Assembly: GCA_020891255.1 (NCBI GenBank)
Contig: BQFW01000009.1
Location: forward strand, 1,302,001 to 1,366,000
Length of the DNA: 64,000 nt
Reading direction: 5' to 3'
Source of the DNA: Entomortierella parvispora E1425
Lineage: Eukaryota > Fungi > Mortierellomycota
Part shown: piece by piece, positions 14,072 to 24,136 of the stretch
How positions within the stretch are numbered: the first letter of the stretch is position 1
How the letters are laid out: each line of letters begins with the position of its first letter
Made by a program: the position numbers and the translations under genes
Notes under the pieces: generated by a model
What the model saw: only the letters and a program-made list of their open reading frames with translations
The model's database searches: none
Told to the model about the DNA's origin: nothing

Positions 14072-14207
14072 AAAAAACCCTCCCTCCTGCAATATGCAGT
14101 GTATCTATCCATCACTCGATAGTCTTTGTCCAGATAGCAAAATTCGATCAAGAGAGATTCCAAATGCGAGCTCCCCTGTATTGCATCCACGAGGTTCTCG
14201 CTCTGAC

Positions 14208-14699
14208 TCAGATAAAGGTTCGGCTTCTTGAGACTGACCTGGTGCCTGGTAATAAAGATGGACAGGCTGCTTTTAAGAAGCCAATGGATGCGACCAATGG
14301 CTCTGTAAGGTGCAAGAGGCGGATGGTTTGTTTGCCGAGGAATCCAACGTCGTACGGGTGAACCCTCAGGGCGAGTCTTTTACTATGATGGGCGTTCTTG
14401 ATGATGAGCGACGAGGAAGGGCCATCGGACACAGGATGCTCAGGCTCTTCGATCTTTCTCTGCGTGTGCCTCTCCACTACTTCCCACAGCTAACAGTGCC
14501 ACACATTTTGCCATTGACGGCAGACCCGAAGACATATGGCGAGCGAATGTCGGTCCAAGTATTGAGAAATGAGCAGATTGAGTTCTGGAATGGCGAGCGC
14601 ACTTTCAGTTGCGTTGGCATTCAGATGGTTCAGCTGGTCCGGGGAGTCATGTCGCGCTTGATCCGCTGGTGATTCTTCTAAACATGGTTGTTTCGACAT
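14208..14699 (-). pseudogene. Truncated F-box-like pseudogene
   Basis: SALAIPELNLLISQYLDRHSLAICLRVCRQWQNVWHC, an in-frame TAG at 14490-14492, then LWEVV...PSSSLIIKNAHHSKRLAL in the same frame. The ORF ends early, with no LRR body. Confidence 0.75.
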
Positions 14700-14878
14700 G
14701 TGAGAGCGGTCATTGATGTCTCCTGTCCAGTGGATTGGTGATGAACGATGAAGAAAGAAGAAGGAAGACAACGCGCTGCGGAAGTACTGCAGCGTTTAAA
14801 AAAGAGAGCGAGCAACACAGCCGCATGGTGCACGGTGCACTCCTTTGACACGGTGCTGTGCGCCACCAAAACGAGAGG

Positions 14879-14887
14879 ACAGAACTT
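14879..14887. repeat. Target-site duplication ACAGAACTT (left; right copy 22487-22495)
   Basis: Perfect 9-bp direct repeat bracketing the TIRs. It can also be read as TG..CA termini with a 7-bp TSD (CAGAACT). Confidence 0.9.
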
Positions 14888-15909
14888 GAAGCTCTGAACC
14901 CAGCCCCTCTTTGCTCACTCCTTCACTTCAGAGGGGCTGGGCGCAAATCTCACCCTTTCCTATGGATGACCCAAAATAATTTTTTCGTCCAAAAAAGGAA
15001 AAAAAATTCTCTGATAAATAGTGTAATTTAAAAACTTTAAATAAATTCACTCTAATAATAATAAAATAGTGAGAGTAATGCCAGCCATGCAGCCATGCCA
15101 TCGCTCGTCGCCCGGCTTGAATGGGGTTAATTTCTTCCATTTTTTCATTTTCAATGCCACCACTTTCTTTCATAAACCCCGCGTTCCGATCTTGCATTCA
15201 GCTCCTGCCACCTCTTCTTTATACCCTTCATCTGATTAAATGACAAAGATGGCAAGCAAAAAGACCAATCGAGCAGAGGTGAGGAGACGCGTCTCGGGTG
15301 TCCATGATGCTCAGAGTCGCCCACGCGTCCATCTGCTCTATTTTTCTTCATCTCTTCATATTTTCTGTTGTAGTCATGATGCTCTTAGCAAATCTGATCA
15401 AGATATCCCGGGAACGCCGAGAAGATCGCGTAGCACCAAGGTGAGTAGCTTGATGTGGTGCCTGGTGGCCTCTTCCTGGTGTGGCCTCTTCTAACTCTGT
15501 GATTTACAATAGGGTGAGGGACGATTTCGTCTTGATTCCCCAGGTGCTCCTCCGCGAACCCCGCAAACAACACAAACCCCACGAGCACCACGAGCACCAC
15601 GAACTCCACGAACCCCGCGCACCTCACAAACCTTACAAACGCCAAGATTCATACAGTCACCAATTGTGGCCAACCAAGTATGAAAAAAATCGTTAAAAAA
15701 TATGTGCTGCTCGCGTTTTCTTTTCTAACAGATGTATCCACCTCCTCCCATTCATATCGATTAGGGAACTACCAATGGTTCTGGTGCTACCGATATGGCC
15801 CAACCTTTACCCTTTGTCATGGAGGCACAGGCTCTTTCTCCGACTTCTCAGGCTGCGTACATTGGAGGATCAACGCAATTCAACATTGGAAAAAATTCGA
15901 CGCCACCCA
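14888..15909. repeat. Left terminal inverted repeat
   Basis: Reverse complement of 21466-22486. The ORF track gives mirror-image ORFs (14928-15197/22177-22446, 15481-15696/21679-21894). The only difference I found is A5 versus A4 at ~15258. Confidence 0.95.
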
Positions 15910-18157
15910 TCACTGGAGAAGAACCGCCACGACTCAATGTTGGAGAGAATTTGACGCGATCCAATGTTGGAGAAGAATCGCCGCGACCCAGCAATGCGTC
16001 GGAGGAGTTGACGTTCGATCCTTTCTGTGATAACACTGATGGAGAACCAATCATGACGTGGGGTTCTGATAACTATTATGTAAGAACCCCTTTGAGGAAA
16101 AAGTGGTCATCGATGCAGCCATCGTCATCAGCTCCTTCTTCACCCGCCAATTCTGTCGGCTCTCCGTTGCAGTCATTCTCGTCACCATCAAATGCGGTTC
16201 TTAGCCAACCTTTACCGTTTATACAAAAAAGCGATGAACGCGAAGACGAGAGTGATGTCCAGGTAAGTCGAGTTTAATTATGAAATGGCGATGTTCTGGA
16301 CTTGCATTAACTCTCACATTAAAATGCATATATGTCTGTAATCTTCATACTGCAGGATCCATTATGTAAAGAGGCTATTCAAGCTTGCCGAAAGCGTTTT
16401 CATCACTCACCAAAGGAGGAGCAGCTTCGTGTTGTCAAACATATATACAACAAGCAGGATTGCTTACTGCTTGCGCCCTGCGGGTGGGGAAAAACACTTG
16501 TATTTTCTCTGCCAATGGTGATGTGGAAGGACAAGATTACGGTCGTCATTTCGCCGTTGATTGCCCTGATGCAGGATCAGATAAAGGTATGCCAGCATAC
16601 AATATACCAGTCTAACAGGTATACTTTTTTCTAACATATCGCGCAATGCGACCCTGTGTTAATACTCTAGAAACTCAAAGAAAAGGATGTCACTTGTTTG
16701 CTACTCTCGACCTACAACGGCAATCGAGTTAACGACAGTGACATTAAATTAGTTAAGGAGGGACATTACAGAGCTGTGTTCATGTCGCCAGAAGTCATTT
16801 TCGGGAAAGGATCTACTGCATGCAAGGTTCAGGACCTTTGGAACAATAAGTATTGGAAAAGTCAACTATGCTCCATCGTCGTAGATGAAGTCCACTGTGT
16901 AGATAAATGGAAAGATTTTCGGCCGTATTATTCGCAAATTGGATCATTGCGTGGTAAGGTACCTGGGGTGCCGATCGTAGGCCTGACTGCAACCCTCCCA
17001 CCCGATTCGCTCCAGGAAATCAAGAATAGCGTCTTTCTCGCCTCGTCCACCGTTCATGTCATTCGTGTGGATGACATTCGTGATAACATCCAGCTCGAAG
17101 TTCATACCTTTTCACTAAGGAATCGAGTCAGACAACTGGCGAAGTTGCTGGACAATACAAAGACGATTGTCTATTTTGACAGCATCGCACTTCTCAGAGA
17201 TGTACAGGACAAGTTAAGGCCATTGAGGCCTGATCTGCGAATGGACGCATTTTTCTCAACCCGCCTTAGTTCTTCCAAGGATAAAGTCCTGCTCAAGTTC
17301 ATTAATAGCGAGATTGATGTCCTGTTGGCTACTGATGCCTGCGGCATGGGATGCGATATCTCAGATGTTATCACTGTGTTCCAATATGAGTAAGTTGAAA
17401 CGTAACTAAGGTTGGACAATGCGGATGAAATGAGAGACGATCTTACTTACTTCAAGATATTTTCAATGATATGAAGTCTGCCTCACGATTTGACGAGTCT
17501 TGTGCAGAGGTTCGGTCGAGCAGCGAGGGGTCCTGGAACTAAAGGCTTTGGGATCCTCTTGGCGCCTCCAACTACCAGCAGGAAATACAACAAGAGACCT
17601 GACATCTTAAATTTCGTTGCCCCCCAATTGACAAGGACAAGGACAAGGAAAAGGACAAGGAAAAGGACAAGGACAACAGTCGGAGGAAATGTCGGTGGCA
17701 TGTGGTGGATGAATATCTAGGGAACAAAATATCCTCTCGTACCAAATGTTGTGATGTATGTCTCGGTGAGTCTTGTCGCCGCAAGACGACCGAACTTACT
17801 GGTCAAATTGGGCCCGAACTGACTATACCAAAGGGGAAGAGCGCGGACAAAGATCAGGATGTAGGGAGGAACAGGTTATTGGAGTGGAGGAAGAACGAGT
17901 GCAAAAAATGGACAGGAGAAGAAGTGTCCTTCGTGGACTTCGAGCTTTGCGTTTTGCCCGATAAAGTACTCGCAAGGTTGTGCTACAAGCTCTTTGCGGC
18001 CACCACTACTGAAATGGTGAGGTTGATAGCTGACAGCTGTGATTTTGTGCCAGTGGATTGCGATCATTTTGAAATGATCGCTGAGGTTGTGGCGAAAGCC
18101 CTGGGCGAGATAGAAAGTACGAAAAATGATCAAAATTCCTTGGTAGTCGAAGAATAG
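15240..18157 (+). CDS. Transposon RecQ-like SF2 helicase (frameshifted); leader exons lie inside the left TIR
   Basis: Motif I APCGWGKT, Ia VISPLIALMQDQ, II DEVH, III LTAT, V ATDACGMGCD, VI QRFGRAAR and Zn-binding CRWH...CCDVC. Exons 15765-16262, 16356-16586, 16671-17389 and 17477 onward join in phase. Frameshift at the C6 run ~17620. Confidence 0.88.
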
Positions 18158-18323
18158 CCCATCAATTGACCGAGCCAAGATGACAAGGAGATGGAGTCAC
18201 TGCTTGCATCTGATGACCCTGCACAACCAAACATTTACAGCCGGCCGGGCCATTTAACATCGCACGAGCCCAGGTCCCATTCATTCATTCTTCTTTAGTT
18301 AGTATTATTATTGTCATAAAATA

Positions 18324-21300
18324 TCATTCAGCTACAACATGGTCGTTGGCCTCGACTTCCTCCATATCCACAGTATCGTAGCTATCGCTTTTTCTGAGAA
18401 AACATGCTATAGCACTCTCTGCCATTTTGTGCGCGCCAACAGTTTGAAGGTCAACTACCACGGATGGAGAAGGCCGAGTGTCTTGCTTGGATGCCCAAAG
18501 GATTCCACAGAACTGGAGATTGTCTCTGACAAGCTCAACATCCTCTTTCGTGGATGGTTTTTTGTGAGCAGTGCTGTTGTACTTGGTTTCTATCTCCCGT
18601 TCGAAATTACGTGCAATGGTTTGAAATATCTCGACGTTTGTTGAGATTTGTTCGCGAAGATAGTCCCAGCTTGCGTTTGGCCCTTTCGCTGCATGAGTGG
18701 CTTTGAGGAGGAAGTTGATGATTTCTTGGTACATGTCCGTTGGCATCCATGCTTGAGGAATGCCTTTAGGGTTCACCAGCATGCTTGAAAGGACCCTGTG
18801 TTCCCATTCACGCGTCCACAGGTGGCGCATGCCGTGGAGAAAATCGTAGTAGCTCAAGGGCATATTTGGAATTGCCTCCGCCGTGCATCATCAATGCCAC
18901 GGTTGGTAGCACACATCTTATCCGCCCAAGATCGCCAGCCTTAATAGCAGCAGAGAGTTCGATGAAAACGATCATGTCTCGGAGGAAGAGAAGAGCATTG
19001 ATATCTGCTGGAGTGCAGGGCCGGCCATTGAGCAAGGGATTGGCATGCTGCAGACTAGCTATGGCGTAAATGACAAGATCAACGAATCTTGTCATGTCAG
19101 ACTCCACTGAGGTATGAAGATCTTCCCAGAGTACCATTGACATTGCGTCGAAAACAATCTTCAGCAGTTCACTGGTTGGCTTGTACTCCGGTTTATCCGT
19201 GTTAAAGCCTTTACTGGCCAATAGGGAAATGAATGATGCAAGTGAGCCTGGGGTATTGGCATCGGCGCCAAGATGTGTCTTGTAGATCGTGGAGCAAAGT
19301 GTCATTTGGAGATGGAAGAGCTGAAACGTAGGATGTACCCAACCAAGACTGCCGAATGGATCCGACTCAACCATGCGGTGTACCTTGAGAGATAAAAGTC
19401 TAGAGACAGTCATCTGATCACCGGCCACTATGATGTCCCTGGTGGTCTTGCTGAACCATTCATCGCTTAAGCCGAGATCTATCTTTGTTATGTTTTCCAG
19501 CACTGCGAGATTTCCGGCAATAGTCGACTCATCGATCTTCATGGTTGGCAATGGAAAAGTTTTCGTCTTAACAACCTTCAGTACGTCAATGGCCGGCATG
19601 GGAATCACGCAAACACTGGGTGATCGAGGCAAAAACTGCGAAATGGCAGTCGACAGATGTGTGCGGCAGGCAGCCCTAGTCATGGTGCGGTCGGTGCTTG
19701 TGGGGAAAAAAATGCTGGCGCTTGGCTCTGGCCTGTCCACTCTGAAGCAAACCATTGGGGATGATCGAGGTATTTCAGCACTCCTGGAGCTCCCGAGATT
19801 TGAGCTGTCGGGAATCAGAATCACGGTAGCAGCTGTGCCGTTGTCGAACGTGTCTCTTTTTCCTACTCTCTGGTGATGGTGCCTTGTGGCAATGTTGATG
19901 TTGTCGTATACAATGTAAAAGTCGTTGTTGAGGACTGCCACCTTCACCCTCTCCTGTGCGTCTTTGGTCAAGGCCTTCAATGCCCTGTGAATCTGATCAT
20001 ATGACACGCAAAGTCCAAGAGCCGACAAAGTCTCTAAAACTCGTCTGGGAGCTCCCAGGCAGTGAAGATAGATGCCCATTACCATCTGAAAAGCATTGCA
20101 TTGCTGGGATCTCAAGAACATGAGCATAGCAGAGATGCAGCCACGAACAGAGCTGGGTTTTCGACCGCGCCTGCGAGCAGGTGTAGCGCTTCCCACAGTT
20201 TCTTCATCATTGTTGCCGATGTTGTCACTGCCGTTGTTGACGGTGTTATCGCCGTTGCTGTCGATGTCGTTGTCGCCGCTATTGTCGCTGTTGTCGCTGT
20301 TGCTCTCGGTGTCGTTCTCACTGTCGTTGCCGTTGTTGTTGCCTTCGTTTACTCTGGTGCTACCATCGCCACTGTTCGTACCATTTCCCTTGCTAAGCAT
20401 GCCGTCCAAAAGTCGTGTCAAAAAAGAAGCTTCGCCGGCGTAAGAGTCGAGAAACCCGTTCCTGAGGATCTTATCGATATTTTCCTCCGACATTCTATTG
20501 TGCGGGAATCGGTAGGCTGGGTGTGGGCCATCGTCACCTACGACGCCGTTCTTGAGGCGATCAAGCTCCCGTTTAGTCCTTGAGACAACGACGTCTACAG
20601 CGCTGTTCACAAATGGGGCATCCCATTCTTTGATCTTGCGTAACTTTTGGCTCCAAATTTTGATAACGCGACGAGGACCGTCTTTGTGATAGAATTGATG
20701 AGTCCAGCGCTTGATGTTTTCATCTTGAGAGTTAAACAGCTTCTCGAAGAAGGCGGGAAGTGAAAGCTGTTGTTCCCTGATGTAGTTAAGAATCATTGCA
20801 ACTTTGTGGGTAGAGGAATGCTAAAAAGAAAAATAATTGTTAGACGCCTGTGGGAGTGACATATTGCTGGTTTCTTTGGACAACCGGTCTTCACATACAT
20901 GCGGCTTCCTTGTTGATCCGGGCATTCGATCCTCTCCATTGGTCGCTCTGAGTGTGGGGGGAATCGGGCATGCACATCTATACGTAATTCGTAATTCACT
21001 TGAGAGGTAATTCATAAATTACGATAAGGATGTTTTCGAAACCATGTGCTGAATTTACCTGCAGTGTCGATGAGTTGAACTGCTCCTCCATGTCGGCCGT
21101 TAAAGTCCTAATCCTATCACTGAATTTCACTGCATGTTAGAAATTTGCGTAAACCTGGGGGCAACTAAAGTTGCGACAGGGTAGGCAGGTTGGGGTATCT
21201 CATGCTTACGCGAACTGAGGGGTGCTCAGATTCCTAGATCGTCGCGAGTTTTTTCTTGTGGGGGTCCTCATGTAATCGTTCCCAGAAACCCATATCATCG

Positions 21301-22134
21301 GCGTCTCTGTTCGATTACTTCCTAATCTCCGAAGCCAGAATGGGCTATCGAATGGCTCTCCATCAGTGTTGTCACAGAAAGGATCGAGCAGAGACTCCTC
21401 TGACGCATGCTTGGGTCGCGGTGATTCATCTCCAATGCTGGGTCGCGGCGACTCTTTTCCAATGTTGGGTGGCGTCGAATTTTTTCCAATGTTGAATTGC
21501 GTTGATCCTCCAATGTACGCAGCCTGAGAAGTCGGAGAAAGAGCCTGTGCCTCCATGACAAAGGGTAAAGGTTGGGCCATATCGGTAGCACCAGAACCAT
21601 TGGTAGTTCCCTAATCGATATGAATGGGAGGAGGTGGATACATCTGTTAGAAAAGAAAACGCGAGCAGCACATATTTTTTAACGATTTTTTTCATACTTG
21701 GTTGGCCACAATTGGTGACTGTATGAATCTTGGCGTTTGTAAGGTTTGTGAGGTGCGCGGGGTTCGTGGAGTTCGTGGTGCTCGTGGTGCTCGTGGGGTT
21801 TGTGTTGTTTGCGGGGTTCGCGGAGGAGCACCTGGGGAATCAAGACGAAATCGTCCCTCACCCTATTGTAAATCACAGAGTTAGAAGAGGCCACACCAGG
21901 AAGAGGCCACCAGGCACCACATCAAGCTACTCACCTTGGTGCTACGCGATCTTCTCGGCGTTCCCGGGATATCTTGATCAGATTTGCTAAGAGCATCATG
22001 ACTACAACAGAAAATATGAAGAGATGAAGAAAAATAGAGCAGATGGACGCGTGGGCGACTCTGAGCATCATGGACACCCGAGACGCGTCTCCTCACCTCT
22101 GCTCGATTGGTCTTTTGCTTGCCATCTTTGTCAT
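18324..22134 (-). CDS. DUF6589/Academ-type DDE transposase (frameshifted); leader exons lie inside the right TIR
   Basis: FLRSQQCNAFQMVMGIYL, VYDNINI, AGDQMT, FHLQM, KAGDLGR, YALELL, LVNPKG and DMYQEIIN motifs. +1 frameshift at the A4 run 18840-18843. Upstream exons 22097-22134, 21935-22001, 21698-21862, 21210-21610 and 21059-21119 splice in phase to 20820. Confidence 0.85.
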
Positions 22135-22486
22135 TTAATCAGATGAAGGGTATAAAGAAGAGGTGGCAGGAGCTGAATGCAAGATCGGAACGCGGGGTTT
22201 ATGAAAGAAAGTGGTGGCATTGAAAATGAAAAAATGGAAGAAATTAACCCCATTCAAGCCGGGCGACGAGCGATGGCATGGCTGCATGGCTGGCATTACT
22301 CTCACTATTTTATTATTATTAGAGTGAATTTATTTAAAGTTTTTAAATTACACTATTTATCAGAGAATTTTTTTTCCTTTTTTGGACGAAAAAATTATTT
22401 TGGGTCATCCATAGGAAAGGGTGAGATTTGCGCCCAGCCCCTCTGAAGTGAAGGAGTGAGCAAAGAGGGGCTGGGTTCAGAGCTTC
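21466..22486. repeat. Right terminal inverted repeat
   Basis: Reverse complement of 14888-15909. Confidence 0.95.
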
Positions 22487-24136
22487 ACAGAACTTTAAAG
22501 TGTTTCCCTTTGCATGCTCATGTTCGACGACCCTCATGCATGCCTCCATTCCTTGACCATTCTTCTCCTTCTCGTTTGCATCCATTCATTCATCCAGCAC
22601 AATGTCGACTGTCCAGTAAAGCACGCATGCCGTCCTGCTCCTCACCATCGACACCACCTAGAATGAACGCGAGGCAATTCCACAATAATTCCCTTCCTCA
22701 TACTCATAACACAAAGTTCAAAAGGCGGATCTTATTATTGTTGAAATTGATGGCTACTTCTACAAGCTGATAATAAAAAGACAGAAAAAGAAGGCGCTGC
22801 GAAAAAGCAATGAAGGTCCCAAAGGTCTTCAAAAGTCCTTTTCTGCAACCATGTTCGAAAATGAGAAAAGAGAAAGAGAAAGGTTTTTTTTTGGTGTTTA
22901 CAAGCTGCTACCCGCAGGCGTGCGCAACTTTAAAGTTCCCTAGGAGCTCATGAGCACTCCTCGCAGGGTAATGGATGCGCCTTTCGGCTACTCACATCCA
23001 CCCGCCGACATGTCTTTTTCCTTTATTCCCCAGCATGCCCAGCACACACTACCCGCCGCTCAATGCGACTGATAAGCAAAATCCATGATAAGTCAAGGGT
23101 GCGACCTACAAGGGCTAATGACGTTTTCCAAGATACCCAACTTCATGAAGATCGAGTACCGCAGACAGAGTGACAAGAGTAGAAGCCCCCGCGTCACGAA
23201 AATTGCGAGTAATGGTGAAGGACCCACTGAGGCGGTAAAAAGATTGCATCCTTTCCATCCTCGGGAGCGTCGGCGACTGAGGAGAAAAAGAAAGAGGGGG
23301 AAAGGTCTGGTATTTATACCTGACCTCCCACTAAGTGACTGGTCTGGCCGAGGTGGACGGGGGGTTGTGCAAACGATGCCTTTTTCGTTGCTGCTGACAT
23401 GGTTGCACAAAATGTTCTCGTCACGAAGCGTTTTTAAGAGACGAGCCATTTCATTTTGAAAAAAGTCCAGGCAGACTGCCGTTGGTCACGGGGTCGACGT
23501 CGACGATGAGATGAACATAGGAGTGACCACGATGAAATGTCATTGCCTCTTGACCATGAAGGAGAAAAGTGGAGATCACCATGTATCTCGTTGAATTTTG
23601 ATCTTTTTTTTTTTTTTTTTTGAATGTAATATTTCGCGTCAATTGCCTGTTCAAGTCGGCTTTCTGCACACTTCCAGTCGTTCAATCACAGTGTATTAGC
23701 CCTGCCTCTTCTCAGAGAGCAAGAGATGCTGGCCTCCTGCTCCACTCGATAACTGAGACTGGTCAGGTAGGCCCATTTCTCCATGGCCATGGCTGCTTGT
23801 CAATTGGCCTTCAATTCCACCATCATATCGTCTTCATCCGAGCCATGCCTCTTTCCAGTGCCTCAGTGCTAGTCGTGCGTCCCCTACACGACTCGTCATG
23901 AGAATCCTCTATCTAACCTCGAGATCAATTGCACTTTCTCTCGGAGAGAGGCGTCCTATGTACGTCTTTCGTCTTTTCCGCTCGTGTTCAGTTCGCATTC
24001 ATGTAGCCAGCACCATCTACGAGCTCTACTAAGTACTAATCAGATCAATATGTTGCATGTGGGCGATTCGATTGGACTGTAACTCTTCTACCTCCTAGTG
24101 CATGGTGTTTGGAAAGCTCCCTTTTTATTATTATTA

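Larger units (their letters stand above)
14888..22486. mobile_element. AcademH-like DNA transposon (RecQ-like helicase + DUF6589/Academ transposase, long TIRs, 9-bp TSD)
   Basis: ~1.02-kb inverted repeats at both ends, identical ACAGAACTT flanks (14879-14887, 22487-22495), and convergent SF2 helicase and DUF6589-like ORFs. This architecture matches AcademH. Confidence 0.9.

Noticed and set aside
15481-15696. His-rich ORF (PHEHHEHHELHEP) as a metal-binding peptide
   Set aside because: It is an alternative frame of the TPR-rich leader exon; only the TPRAPR frame fits the flanking splice phases.
15884-16000. 27-bp repeats as a CRISPR-like array
   Set aside because: The units are directly adjacent, degenerate and in-frame coding repeats with no spacers, in a eukaryotic context with no cas genes.
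14888-22486. Interpretation as a host RecQ/Sgs1 gene, Helitron, LTR element or assembly fold-back
   Set aside because: TIRs plus a TSD and a paired transposase argue for a mobile element. There is no Rep/HUH-Pif1 or gag-pol, and the diverged inner arms and unique interior exclude a simple fold-back artefact.
22500-24100. Possible further gene remnant right of the transposon
   Set aside because: Only short, stop-interrupted frames without identifiable motifs.
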